From Eledone cirrhosa (lineage: Eukaryota): 64,000 nucleotides of DNA. Below the pieces are notes generated by a model that worked only from the letters and a program-made list of their open reading frames with translations, ran no database searches and was not told the origin of the DNA. The position numbers and the translations under genes were made by a program. Positions 1 to 18,000 of the stretch are shown here, in pieces. The stretch lies in NCBI GenBank assembly GCA_964016885.1, contig OZ024743.1, positions 180,916,001 to 180,980,000 of the forward strand, in the 5' to 3' direction. The first letter of the stretch is position 1. Every line of letters starts with the position of its first letter.

Positions 1-3000
1 CAGTACATATAGTATACTGTACTGTACATATAGTATACTATACAGTACATATAGTATACTGTACAGTACATATAGTATACTGTACAGTACATATAGTATA
101 CAGTACAGCACATATAGTATATGTACTGTACATATAGTATAATGTACTGTACATATAGTATACTGTACAGTACATATAGTATACTGTACTGTATATATAG
201 TATACAGTACAGTACATATAGTATACTGTACTGTACATATAGTATACTGTACTGTACATATAGTATACTGTACAGTATATATAGTATACTGTACTGTACA
301 TATAGTATACTGTACAGTACATATAGTATACTGTACTGTACATATAGTATACTGGACTGTACATATAGTATACTGTACAGTACATATATTATACTGTACT
401 GTATATATAGTATACAGTACAGTACATATAGTATACTGTACTGTACATATAATATACTGTACTGTACATATAGTATACTATACAGTATATAAAGTATACT
501 GTACAGTACATATAGTATACTGTACAGTACATATAGTATACTGTACAGCACATATAGTATACTGTACTGTACATATAGTATACTGTACAGTATATATAGT
601 ATACTGTACAGTACATATAGTATACAGTACTGTACATATAGTATAATGTACTGTACATATAGTATACTGTACAGTACATATAGTATACTGTACTGTATAT
701 ATAGTATACAGTACAGTACATATAGTATACTGTACTGTACATATAGTATACCGTACTGTACATATAGTATACTGTACAGTACATATAGTATACTGTACAG
801 TACATATAGTATACTGTACTGTACATATAGTATACTGTACTGTACATATAGTATACTGTACAGTACATATATTATACTGTACTGTATATATAGTATACAG
901 TACAGTACATATAGTATACTGTACAGTACATATAGTATACTGTACTGTACATATAGTATACTGTACAGTACATATAGTATACTGTACTGTACATATAGTA
1001 TACTGTACAGTACATATAGTGTACTGTATAGTACATATAGTATACTGAACAGTACATATAGAATATTGTACTGTATATATAGTATACAGTACAGTACATA
1101 TAGTATACTGTACAGCACATATAGTATACTGTACATATAGTATAGAGTACAGTACATATACTATACTGTACAGTACATATAGTATACTGTACAGTACATA
1201 TAGTATACTGTACTGTACATATAGTATACTGTACAGTACATATAGTATACTGAACAGTACATATAGTATACTGTACTGTACATATAGTATACTGAACAGT
1301 ACATATAGTATACTGTACAGCAAATATAGTATACTGTACATATATTATACTGTACATTGCATATAGTATAGTGTACTGTAGATATAGTATATTGTACTGT
1401 AGATATAGTATACTGTACAGTACATATAGTATACTGTACTGTACATATAGTATACTGTACAGTACATATAGTATATTGTACTGTACATATAGTATACTGT
1501 ACAGTACATATAGTATACTGTAATGTACATATAGTATACTGTACTGTACATATAGTATACTGTACTGTACATATAGTATACTGTACTGTACATATAGTAT
1601 ACTGAACACTACATATAGTATACTGTACAGTACATATAGTATACTGTACAGTACATATAGTATACTGTACAGTATATATAGTATAATGTAATGTACATAT
1701 AGTATACTGAACAGTACATATAGTATACTGAACAGTACATATAGTATACTGAACAGTACATATAGTATACTGTACAGTACATATAGTATACTGTACTGTA
1801 CATATAGTATACTGTACTGTACATACAGTATACTGTACTGTACATATAGTATACATTACAGTACATATAGTATAGCATACAGTACATATAGTATAATGTA
1901 CAGTACATATAGTATACTGTACTGTACATATAGTATACAGTACATATAGTATACTGTACAGTACATATAGTATACTGTACAGTACATATAGTATACTGTA
2001 CTGTGCATATAGTATACTGTACTGTACATATAGTATACTGTACAGTACATATAGTATACTGTACTGTACATATAGTATACTGTACTGTACATATAGTATA
2101 CTGTACTGTACATACATTATACTGTACTGTACATATAGTATACATTACAGTACATATAGTATAGCATACAGTACATATAGTATAATGTACAGTACATATA
2201 GTATACTGTACTGTACATATAGTATACAGTACATATAGTATACAGTACAGTACATATAGTATACTGTACTGTACATATAGTATACTGTACAGTACATATA
2301 GTATACTGTACAGTACATATAGTTTACTGTACAGTACAAATAGTATACAGTACAGCACATATAGTATACTGTACTGTACATATAGTATAATGTACTGTAC
2401 ATATAGTATACTGTACAGTACATATAGTATACTGTACTGTATATATAGTATACAGTACAGTACATATAGTATACTGTACTGTACATATAGTATACTGTAC
2501 TGTACATATAGTATATTGTACAGTACATATAGTATACTGTACAGTACATATAGTATACTGTACTGTACATATAGTATACTGTACTGTACATATAGTATAC
2601 TGTACAGTACATATATTATACTGTACTGTATATATAGTATACAGTACAGCACATATAGTATACTGTACTGTACATATAGTATACTGTACTGTACATATAG
2701 TATACTGTACAGTATATAAAGTATACTGTACAGTACATATAGTATACTGTACAGTACATATAGTATACTGTACAGTACATATAGTATACTGTACTGTACA
2801 TATAGTATACTGTACAGTACATATAGTATACTGAACAGTACATATAGTATACTGTACTGTACATATAGTATACTGAACAGTACATATAGTATACTGTACA
2901 GCAAATATAGTATACTGTACATATATTATACTGTACAGTGCATATAGTATAGTGTACTGTACATATAGTATATTGTACTGTAGATATAGTATACTGTACA

Positions 3001-6000
3001 GTACATATAGTATACTGCACTGTACATATAGTATACTGTACAGTACATATAGTATACTGTACTGTACATATAGTATACTGTACAGTACATATAGTATACT
3101 GTAACGTACATATAGTATACTGTACTGTACATATAGTATACTGTACTGTACATATAGTATACTGTACTGTACATATAGTATACTGAACAGTACATATAGT
3201 ATACTGTACAGTACATATAGTATACTGTACAGTACATATAGTATACTGTACAGTATATATAGTATACTGTACTGTACATATAGTATACTGACCAGTACAT
3301 ATAGTATACTGTACTGTGCATATAGTATACTGTACTGTACATATAGTATACTGTACTGTACATATAGTATACTGTACTGTACATACAGTATACTGTACTG
3401 TACATATAGTATACATTACAGTACATATAGTATAGCATACAGTACATATAGTATAATGTACAGTACATATAGTATACTGTACTGTACATATAGTATACAG
3501 TACATATAGTATACAGTACAGTACATATAGTATACTGTACTGTACATATAGTATACTATACAGTACATATAGTATACTGTACAGTACATATAGTATACTG
3601 TACAGTACATATAGTATACAGTACAGCACATATAGTATATGTACTGTACATATAGTATAATGTACTGTACATATAGTATACTGTACAGTACATATATTAT
3701 ACTGTACTGTATATATAGTATACAGTACAGTACATATAGTATACTGTACTGTACATATAGTATACTGTACTGTACATATAGTATACTGTACAGTATATAT
3801 AGTATACTGTACTGTACATATAGTATACTGTACAGTACATATAGTATACTGTACTGTACATATAGTATACTGGACTGTACATATAGTATACTGTACAGTA
3901 CATATATTATACTGTACTGTATATATAGTATACAGTACAGTACATATAGTATACTGTACTGTACATATGATATACTGTACTGTACATATAGTATACTATA
4001 CAGTATATAAAGTATACTGTACAGTACATATAGTATACTGTACAGTACATATAGTATACTGTACAGCACATATAGTATACTGTACTGTACATATAGTATA
4101 CTGTACAGTATATATAGTATACTGTACTGTACATATAGTATACAGTACTGTACATATAGTATAATGTACTGTACATATAGTATACTGTACAGTACATATA
4201 GTATACTGTACTGTATATATAGTATACAGTACAGTACATATAGTATACTGTACTGTACATATAGTATACCGTACTGTACATATAGTATACTGTACAGTAC
4301 ATATAGTATACTGTACAGTACATATAGTATACTGTACTGTACATATAGTATACTGTACTGTACATATAGTATACTGTACAGTACATATATTATACTGTAC
4401 TGTATATATAGTATACAGTACAGTACATATAGTATACTGTACAGTACATATAGTATACTGTACTGTACATATAGTATACTGTACAGTACATATAGTATAC
4501 TGTACTGTACATATAGTATACTGTACAGTACATATAGTGTACTGTATAGTACATATAGTATACTGAACAGTACATATAGAATATTGTACTGTATATATAG
4601 TATACAGTACAGTACATATAGTATACTGTACAGCACATATAGTATACTGTACATATAGTATAGAGTACAGTACATATACTATACTGTACAGTACATATAG
4701 TATACTGTACAGTACATATACTATACTGTACTGTACATATAGTATACTGTACAGTACATATAGTATACTGAACAGTACATATAGTATACTGTACTGTACA
4801 TATAGTATACTGAACAGTACATATAGTATACTGTACAGCAAATATAGTATACTGTACATATATTATACTGTACATTGCATATAGTATAGTGTACTGTAGA
4901 TATAGTATATTGTACTGTAGATATAGTATACTGTACAGTACATATAGTATACTGTACTGTACATATAGTATACTGTACAGTACATATAGTATATTGTACT
5001 GTACATATAGTATACTGTACAGTACATATAGTATACTGTAATGTACATATAGTATACTGTACTGTACATATAGTATACTGTACTGTACATATAGTATACT
5101 GTACTGTACATATAGTATACTGAACACTACATATAGTATACTGTACAGTACATATAGTATACTGTACAGTACATATAGTATACTGTACAGTATATATAGT
5201 ATACTGTAATGTACATATAGTATACTGAACAGTACATATAGTATACTGAACAGTACATATAGTATACTGAACAGTACATATAGTATACTGTACAGTACAT
5301 ATAGTATACTGTACTGTACATATAGTATACTGTACTGTACATACAGTATACTGTACTGTACATATAGTATACATTACAGTACATATAGTATAGCATACAG
5401 TACATATAGTATAATGTACAGTACATATAGTATACTGTACTGTACATATAGTATACAGTACATATAGTATACTGTACAGTACATATAGTATACTGTACAG
5501 TACATATAGTATACTGTACTGTGCATATAGTATACTGTACTGTACATATAGTATACTGTACAGTACATATAGTATACTGTACTGTACATATAGTATACTG
5601 TACTGTACATATAGTATACTGTACTGTACATACATTATACTGTACTGTACATATAGTATACATTACAGTACATATAGTATAGCATACAGTACATATAGTA
5701 TAATGTACAGTACATATAGTATACTGTACTGTACATATAGTATACAGTACATATAGTATACAGTACAGTACATATAGTATACTGTACTGTACATATAGTA
5801 TACTGTACAGTACATATAGTATACTGTACAGTACATATAGTTTACTGTACAGTACAAATAGTATACAGTACAGCACATATAGTATACTGTACTGTACATA
5901 TAGTATAATGTACTGTACATATAGTATACTGTACAGTACATATAGTATACTGTACTGTATATATAGTATACAGTACAGTACATATAGTATACTGTACTGT

Positions 6001-9000
6001 ACATATAGTATACTGTACTGTACATATAGTATATTGTACAGTACATATAGTATACTGTACAGTACATATAGTATACTGTACTGTACATATAGTATACTGT
6101 ACTGTACATATAGTATACTGTACAGTACATATATTATACTGTACTGTATATATAGTATACAGTACAGCACATATAGTATACTGTACTGTACATATAGTAT
6201 ACTGTACTGTATATATAATATACTGTACTGTACATATAGTATACTGTACAGTACATATAGTATACTGTACAGCACATATAGTATACTGTACTGTATATAT
6301 AATATACTGTACTGTACATATAGTATACAGTACTGTACATATAGTATACTGTACTGTACATATAGTATACTGTATATATAGTATACTTACTGTACATATA
6401 GAATACAGTACTGTACATATAGTATACTGTACTGTACATATAGTATACTGTACAGCACATATAGTATACTGTACAGTACATATAGTATACTGTACAGTAC
6501 ATATAGTATACTGTACAGTACATATAGTATACTGTATTGTACATATAGTATACTGTACAGTACATATAGTATACTGTACTGTACATATAGTATACTGTAT
6601 AGTACATATAGTATACTGTACAATACATATAGTATACTGAACAGTACATATAGTATACTGTACAGCGAATATAGTATACTGTACATATATTATACTGTAC
6701 AGTGCATATAGTATAATGTACTGTACATATAGTATACTGTACAGTACATATAGTATATTGTACTGTACATATAGTGTACTGTACTGTAGATATAGTATAC
6801 TGTACAGTACATATAGTATACTGTACTGTACATATAGTATACTGTACAGTACATATAGTATACTGAACAGTACATATAGTATACTGTACTGTACATATAG
6901 TATACTGAACAGTACATATAGTATACTGTACAGCAAATATAGTATACTGTACATATATTATACTGTACAGTGCATATAGTATAGTGTACTGTACATAGAG
7001 TATATTGTACTGTATATATAGTATACTGTACAGTACATATAGTATACTGTACTGTACATATATTATACTGTACAGTACATATAGTATACTGTACTGTACA
7101 TATAGTATACTGTACAGTACATATAGTATACTGTACTGTACATATAGTATACTGTACTGTACATATAGTATACTGAACAGTACATATAGTATACTGTACA
7201 GTACATATAGTATACTGTACTGTACATATAGTATACTGAACAGTACATATAGTATACTGAACAGTACATATAGTATACTGAACAGTACATATAGTATACT
7301 GTACAGTACATATAGTATACTGTACTGTACATATAGTATACTGTACTGTACATACAGTATACTGTACTGTACATATAGTATACATTACAGTACATATAGT
7401 ATAGCATACAGTACATATAGTATAATGTACAGTACATATAGTATACTGTACTGTACATATAGTATACAGTACATATAGTATACAGTACAGTACATATAGT
7501 ATACTGTACAGTACATATAGTAGACTGTACTGTGCATATAGTATACTGTACTGTACATATAGTATACTGTACAGTACATATAGTATACTGTACTGTACAT
7601 ATAGTATACTGTACATATAGTATACTGTACTGTACATATAGTATACTGTACAGTACATATAGTATACTATACAGTACATATAGTATACTGTACAGTACAT
7701 ATAGTATACAGTACAGCACATATAGTATACTGTATGTACATATAGTATACTGTACTGTACATATAGTATACTGTACAGTACATATAGTATACTGTACTGT
7801 ATATATAGTATACAGTACAGTACATATAGTATACTGTACTGTACATATAGTATACTGTACTGTACATATAGTATACTGTACTGTACATATAGTATACTGT
7901 ACAGTACATATAGTATACTATACAGTACATATAGTATACTGTACAGTACATATAGTATACTGTACAGCACATATAGTATACTGTACTGTATATATAGTAT
8001 AATGTACTGTACATATAGTATACTGTATATATAGTATACTTACTGTACATATATTATACAGTACTTTACATATAGTATACTGTACTGTACATATAGTATA
8101 CTGAACAGTACATATAGTATACTGTACAGTACATATAGTATACTGTACAGTACATATAGTATACTGTACAGTACATATAGTATACTGTACAGTACATATA
8201 GTATACTGTACAGTACATATAGTATACTGTACAGTACATATAGTATACTGAACAGTACATATAGTATACTGTACAGTACATATAGTATACTGAACAGTAC
8301 ATATAGTATACTGTACAGTACATATAGAATACTGTACTGTATATATAGTATACTGTACATATAGTATACAGTACAGTACATATAGTATACTGTACAGTAC
8401 ATATAGTATACTGTACTGTACATATAGTATACTAGTATACTGTACAGTACATATAGTATACTGTACTGTACATATAGTATACTGTACTGTACATATAGTA
8501 TACTGTACAGTACATATAGTATACTGTACTGTACATATAGTATACTGTACAGTACATATAGTATACTGTACAGTACATATAGTATACTGTACTGTACATA
8601 TAGTATACTGTACAGTACCTATAGTATACTGAACAGTACATATAGTATACTGTACAGTACATATAATATACTCTACTGTATATACAGTATACTGTACTAT
8701 ACATATAGTATACTATACAGCACATATAGTATACTGTACTGTACATATAGTATACTGTACTGTAAATACAGTATACTGTACTGTACATATAGTATACTTT
8801 ACAGTACATATAGTATAGTATACAGTACATATAGTATACTGTACTGTACATATAGTATACTGTACAGTACATATAGTATACTGTACTGTACATATAGTAT
8901 ACTGTACAGTATACATAGTATACTGTACTGTACATATAGTATACTGTACTGTACATATAGTATACTGTACAGTACATATAGTTTACTGTACAGTACAAAT

Positions 9001-12000
9001 AGTATACAGTACAGCACATATAGTATACTGTACTGTACATATAGTATAATGTACTGTACATATAGTATACTGTACAGTACATATAGTATACTGTACTGTA
9101 TATATAGTATACAGTACAGTACATATAGTATACTGTACTGTACATATAGTATACTGTACTGTACATATAGTATATTGTACAGTACATATAGTATACTGTA
9201 CAGTACATATAGTATACTGTACTGTACATATAGTATACTGTACTGTACATATAGTATATTGTACAGTACATATAGTATACTGTACAGTACATATAGTATA
9301 CTGTACTGTACATATAATATACTGTACTGTACATATAGTATACTGTACAGTACATATATTATACTGTACTGTATATATAGTATACAGTACAGCACATATA
9401 GTATACTGTACTGTACATATAGTATACTGTACTGTACATATAGTATACTGTACAGTATATAAAGTATACTGTACAGTACATATAGTATACTGTACAGTAC
9501 ATATAGTATACTGTACAGCACATATAGTATACTGTACTGTACATATAGTATACTGTACTGTATATATAATATACTGTACTGTACATATAGTATACAGTAC
9601 TGTACATATAGTATACTGTACTGTACATATAGTATACTGTATATATAGTATACTTACTGTACATATAGAATACAGTACTGTACATATAGTATACTGTACT
9701 GTACATATAGTATACTGTACAGCACATATAGTATACTGTACAGTACATATAGTATACTGTACAGTACATATAGTATACTGTACAGTACATATAGTATACT
9801 GTATTGTACATATAGTATACTGTACAGTACATATAGTATACTGTACTGTACATATAGTATACTGTATAGTACATATAGTATACTGTACAATACATATAGT
9901 ATACTGAACAGTACATATAGTATACTGTACAGCGAATATAGTATACTGTACATATATTATACTGTACAGTGCATATAGTATAATGTACTGTACATATAGT
10001 ATACTGTACAGTACATATAGTATATTGTACTGTACATATAGTATATTGTACTGTAGATATAGTATACTGTACAGTACATATAGTATACTGTACTGTACAT
10101 ATAGTATACTGTACAGTACATATAGTATACTGAACAGTACATATAGTATACTGTACTGTACATATAGTATACTGAACAGTACATATAGTACACTGTACAG
10201 CAAATATAGTATACTGTACATATATTATACTGTACAGTGCATATAGTATAGTGTACTGTACATAGAGTATATTGTACTGTATATATAGTATACTGTACAG
10301 TACATATAGTATACTGTACTGTACATATAGTATACTGTACAGTACATATAGTATACTGTACTGTACATATAGTATACTGTACAGTACATATAGTATACTG
10401 TACTGTACATATTGTATACTGTACTGTACATATAGTATACTGAACAGTACATATAGTATACTGTACAGTACATATAGTATACTGTACTGTACATATAGTA
10501 TACTGAACAGTACATATAGTATACTGAACAGTACATATAGTATACTGAACAGTACATATAGTATACTGTACAGTACATATAGTATACTGTACTGTACATA
10601 TAGTATACTGTACTGTACATACAGTATACTGTACTGTACATATAGTATACATTACAGTACATATAGTATAGCATACAGTACATATAGTATAATGTACAGT
10701 ACATATAGTATACTGTACTGTACATATAGTATACAGTACATATAGTATACAGTACAGTACATATAGTATACTGTACAGTACATATAGTAGACTGTACTGT
10801 GCATATAGTATACTGTACTGTACATATAGTATACTGTACAGTACATATAGTATACTGTACTGTACATATAGTATACTGTACTGTACATATAGTATACTGT
10901 ACTGTACATATAGTATACTGTACAGTACATATAGTATACTATACAGTACATATAGTATACTGTACAGTACATATAGTATACAGTACAGCACATATAGTAT
11001 ACTGTATGTACATATAGTATACTGTACTGTACATATAGTATACTGTACAGTACATATAGTATACTGTACTGTATATATAGTATACAGTACAGTACATATA
11101 GTATACTGTACTGTACATATAGTATACTGTACTGTACATATAGTATACTGTACTGTACATATAGTATACTGTACAGTACATATAGTATACTATACAGTAC
11201 ATATAGTATACTGTACAGTACATATAGTATACTGTACAGCACATATAGTATACTGTACTGTACATATAGTATAATGTACTGTACATATAGTATACTGTAT
11301 ATATAGTATACTTACTGTACATATATTATACAGTACTTTACATATAGTATACTGTACTGTACATATAGTATACTGAACAGTACATATAGTATACTGTACA
11401 GTACATATAGTATACTGTACAGTACATATAGTATACTGTACAGTACATATAGTATACTGTACAGTACATATAGTATACTGTACAGTACATATAGTATACT
11501 GTACAGTACATATAGTATACTGAACAGTACATATAGTATACTGTACAGTACATATAGTATACTGAACAGTACATATAGTATACTGTACAGTACATATAGA
11601 ATACTGTACTGTATATATAGTATACTGTACATATAGTATACAGTACAGTACATATAGTATACTGTACAGTACATATAGTATACTGTACTGTACATATAGT
11701 ATACTAGTATACTGTACAGTACATATAGTATACTGTACTGTACATATAGTATACTGTACTGTACATATAGTATACTGTACAGTACATATAGTATACTGTA
11801 CTGTACATATAGTATACTGTACAGTACATATAGTATACTGTACAGTACATATAGTATACTGTACTGTACATATAGTATACTCTACAGTACCTATAGTATA
11901 CTGAACAGTACATATAGTATACTGTACAGTACATATAGTATACTCTACTGTATATATAGTATACTGTACTATACATATAGTATACTATACAGCACATATA

Positions 12001-15000
12001 GTATACTGTACTGTACATATAGTATACTGTACTGTAAATACAGTATACTGTACTGTACATATAGTATACTGTACTGTACATATAGTATACTGTACTGTAC
12101 ATACAGTATACTGTACTGTACATATAGTATACTTTACAGTACATATAGTATAGTATACAGTACATATACTATACTGTACAGTACATATAGTATACTGTAC
12201 TCTACATATAGTATACTGTACTGTACATATAGTATACTGTACAGTACATATAGTATACTGTACAGTACATATAGTATACTGAACACTACATATAGTATAC
12301 TGTACTGTACATATAGTATACTGTACTGTATATATAGTATACTGTACTGTACATATAGTATACTGTACAGCACACATAGCATACTGTACATATATTATAC
12401 TGTACTGTACATACAGTATACTGTACTGTACATATAGTATACTGTACAGTACATATAGTATACTGTACAGTACATATAGTATACTGAACAGTACACATAG
12501 TATACTATACAGTACATATAGTATACTGTACTGTACATATAGTATACTGTACAGTACATATAGTATAGTGTACAGTACATATAGTATACTGTACTGTACA
12601 TATAGTATACTGTACAGTACATATAGTATACTGTACTGTACATATAGTATACTGTACAGTACATATAGTATAATGTACAGTACATATAGTATACTGTACT
12701 GTACATATAGTATACTGTACTGTACATATAGAATACTGTACTGTATATATAGTATACTGTACATATAGTATACAGTACAGTACATATAGTATACTGTACA
12801 GTACATATAGTTTAATGTACAGTACATATAGTATACTGTACTGTATATATAGTATACTGTACTATAGATATAGTATACTATACAGCACATATAGTATACT
12901 GTACATATAGTATACTGTACTGTACATATAGTATACTGTACTGTACATATAGTGTACTGTACAGCACATATAGTATACTGTACTGTATATATAGTATAAT
13001 GTACTGTACATATAGTATAATGTACAGTACATATAGTATACTGTACTGTACATATAGTATACTGTACTGTAGATATAGTATAATGTACAGAACATATAGT
13101 ATACTGTACAGTACATATAGTATACTGTACAGTACATATAGTATACTGTACTGTACATATAGTATACTGTACAGTATACATAGTATACTGTACTGTACAT
13201 ATAGTATACTGTACTGTACATATAGTATACTGTACTGTACATATAGTATACTGTACTGTACATATAGTATAGTGTACTGTACATATAGTATACTGTACAG
13301 TACATATAGTATAGTGTACAGTACATATAGTATACTGAACAGTACATATAGTATACTGTACAGTACATATAGAATACTGTACTGTATATATAGTATACTG
13401 TACATATAGTATACAGTACAGTACATATAGTATACTGTACAGTACATATAGTATACTGTACTGTACAGATAGTATACTGTACAGTACATATAGTATACTG
13501 AACTGTACATATAATATACTGAACAGTACATATAGTATACTGTACTGTACATATAGTATACTGTACTGTACATATAGTATACTGTACAGTACATATAGAA
13601 TGCTGTACTGTATATTTAGTATACTGTACAGTACATATAGTATACTGTACAGCACTGTAGATTACATATAGTATACTGTACTGGACATATAGTATAATGT
13701 ACAGCACTGTAGAGTACATATAGTATACTGTACAGTACATATAGTATACTGTACTGTACATATAGTATACTGTACAGTACATATAGTATACTGTACTGTA
13801 CATATAGTATACTGTACAATACATATAGTATAGTGTACAGTACATATAGTATACTGTACTGTACATATAGTATAGTGTACAGTACATATAGTATACTGTA
13901 CTGTACATATAGTATACTGTACAGTACATATAGTATACTGTACTGTACATATAGTATACTGTACGGTACATATAGTATACTGTACAGTACATATAGTATA
14001 CTGTACTGTACATATAGTATACTGTACAGTACATATAGTATACTGAACAGTACATATAGTATACTGTACAGTACATATAGTATACTCCACTGTATATATA
14101 GTATACTGTACTATACATATAGTATACTATACAGCACATATAGTGTACTGTACTGTACATATAGTATACTGTACTGTACATACAGTATACTGTACTGTAC
14201 ATATAGTATACTTTACAGTACATATAGTATAGTATACAGTACATATAGTATACTGTACAGTACATATAGTATACTGTACTGTATATATAGTATACTGTAC
14301 TATACATATAGTATACTGTACTGTACATATAGTATACTGTACAGTACATATAGTATACTGTACTGTACATATAATATACTGTACAGTATACATAGTATAC
14401 TGTACTGTACATATAGTATACTGTACTGTACATATAGTATACTGTACTGTACATACAGTATACTGTACTGTACATATAGTATACTTTACAGTACATATAG
14501 TATAGTATACAGTACATATACTATACTGTACAGTACATATAGTATACTGTACTCTACATATAGTATACTGTACTGTACATATAGTATACTGTACAGTACA
14601 TATAGTATACTGTACAGTACATATAGTATACTGAACACTACATATAGTATACTGTACTGCACATATAGTATACTGTACTGTATATATAGTATACTGTACT
14701 GTACATATAGTATACTGTACAGCACATATAGCATACTGTACATATAGTATACTGTACTGTACATACAGTATACTGTACTGTACATATAGTATACTGTACA
14801 GTACATATAGTATACTGTACAGTACATATAGTATACTGAACAGTACACATAGTATACTGTACAGTACATATAGTATAGTGTACAGTACATATAGTATACT
14901 GTACTGTACATATAGTATACTGTACAGTACATATAGTATACTGTACTGTACATATAGTATACTGTACAGTACATATAGTATACTGTACAGTACATATAGT

Positions 15001-18000
15001 ATACTGTACTGTACATATAGTATACTGTACAGTACATATAGTATACTGAACAGTACATATAGTTTAATGTACAGTACATATAGTATACTGTACTGTATAT
15101 ATAGTATACTGTACTATACATATAGTATACTATACAGCACATATAGTATATTGTACATATAGTATACTGTACTGTACATATAGTATACTGTACTGTACAT
15201 ATAGTGTACTGTACAGCACATATAGTATACTGTACTGTATATATAGTATACTGTACTCTACATATAGTATACTGTACTGTACATATAGTATACTGTACAG
15301 TACATATAGTATACTGTACAGTACATATAGTATACTGAACACTACATATAGTATACTGTACTGTACATATAGTATACTGTACTGTATATATAGTATACTG
15401 TACTGTACATATAGTATACTGTACAGCACATATAGCATACTGTACATATAGTATACTGTACTGTACATACAGTATACTGTACTGTACATATAGTATACTG
15501 TACAGTACATATAGTATACTGTACAGTACATATAGTATACTGAACAGTACACATAGTTTACTATACAGTACATATAGTATACTGTACTGTACATATAGTA
15601 TACTGTACAGTACATATAGTATAGTGTACAGTACATATAGTATACTGTACTGTACATATAGTATACTGTACAGTACATATAGTATACTGTACTGTACATA
15701 TAGTATACTGTACAGTACATATAGTATACTGTACAGTACATATAGTATACTGTACTGTACATATAGTATACTGTACAGTACATATAGTATACTGAACAGT
15801 ACATATAGTTTAATGTACAGTACATATAGTATACAGTACTGTATATATAGTATACTGTACTATACATATAGTATACTATACAGCACATATAGTATACTGT
15901 ACATATAGTATACTGTACATATAGTATACTGTACAGTACATATAGTGTACTGTACAGCACATATAGTATAATGTACAGTACATATAGTATACTGTACTGT
16001 ACATATAGTATACTGTACTGTAGATATAGTATACTGTACAGAACATATAGTATCTTGTACTGTACATATAGTATACTGTACAGTACATATAGTATACTGT
16101 ACTGTACATATAGTATACTGTACAGTATACATAGTATACTGTACTGTACATATAGTATACTGTACTGTACATATAGTATACTGTACTGTACATATAGTAT
16201 ACTGTACTGTACATATAGTATAGTGTACTGTACATATAGTATACTGTACAGTACATATAGTATAGTGTACAGTACATATAGTATACTGAACAGTACATAT
16301 AGTATACTGTACAGTACATATAGAATACTGTACTGTATATATAGTATACTGTACATATAGTATACAGTACAGTACATATAGTATACTGTACAGTACATAT
16401 AGTATACTGTACTGTACAGATAGTATACTGTACAGTACATATAGTATACTGTACTGTACATATAGTATACTGAACAGTACATATAGTATACTGTACTGTA
16501 CATATAGTATACTGTACTGTACATATAGTATACTGTACAGTACATATAGAATGCTGTACTGTATATTTAGTATACTGTACAGTACAAATAGTATACTGTA
16601 CAGCACTGTAGATTACATATAGTATACTGTACTGGACATATAGTATAATGTACAGCACTGTAGAGTACATATAGTATACTGTACAGTACATATAGTATAC
16701 TGTACTGTACATATAGTATACTGTACAGTACATATAGTATACTGTACTGTACATATAGTATACTGTACAATACATATAGTATAGTGTACAGTACATATAG
16801 TATACTGTACTGTACATATAGTATAGTGTACAGTACATATAGTATACTGTACTGTACATATAGTATACTGTACAGTACATATAGTATACTGTACTGTACA
16901 TATAGTATACTGTACGGTACATATAGTATGCTGTACAGTACATATAGTATACTGTACTGTACATATAGTATACTGTACATTACATATAGTATACTGAACA
17001 GTACATATAGTATACTGTACAGTACATATAGTATACTCCACTGTATATATAGTATACTGTACTATACATATAGTATACTATACAGCACATATAGTATACT
17101 GTACTGTACATATAGTATACTGTACTGTACATACAGTATACTGTACTGTACATATAGTATACTTTACAGTACATATAGTATAGTATACAGTACATATAGT
17201 ATACTGTACAGTACATATAGTATACTGTACTGTATATATAGTATACTGTACTATACATATAGTATACTGTACTGTACATATAGTATACTGTACAGTACAT
17301 ATAGTATACTGTACTGTACATATAGTATACTGTACAGTATACATAGTATACTGTACTGTACATATAGTATACTGTACTGTACATATAGTATACTGTACTG
17401 TACATACAGTATACTGTACTGTACATATAGTATACTTTACAGTACATATAGTATAGTATACAGTACATATACTATACTGTACAGTACATATAGTATACTG
17501 TACTCTACATATAGTATACTGTACTGTACATATAGTATACTGTACAGTACATATAGTATACTGTACAGTACATATAGTATACTGAACACTACATATAGTA
17601 TACTGTACTGTACATATAGTATACTGTACTGTATATATAGTATACTGTACTGTACATATAGTATACTGTACAGCACATATAGCATACTGTACATATAGTA
17701 TACTGTACTGTACATACAGTATACTGTACTGTACATATAGTATACTGTTCAGTACATATAGTATACTGTACAGTACATATAGTATACTGAACAGTACCCA
17801 TAGTATACTGTACAGTACATATATTATACTGTACTGTACATATAGTATACTGTACAGTACATATAGTATACTGTACTGTACACATAGTATACTGTACAGT
17901 ACATATAGTATACTGTACAGTACACATAGTATACTGTACTGTACATATAGTATACTGCACTGTATATATAGTATACTGTACTGTATATATAGTATACTGT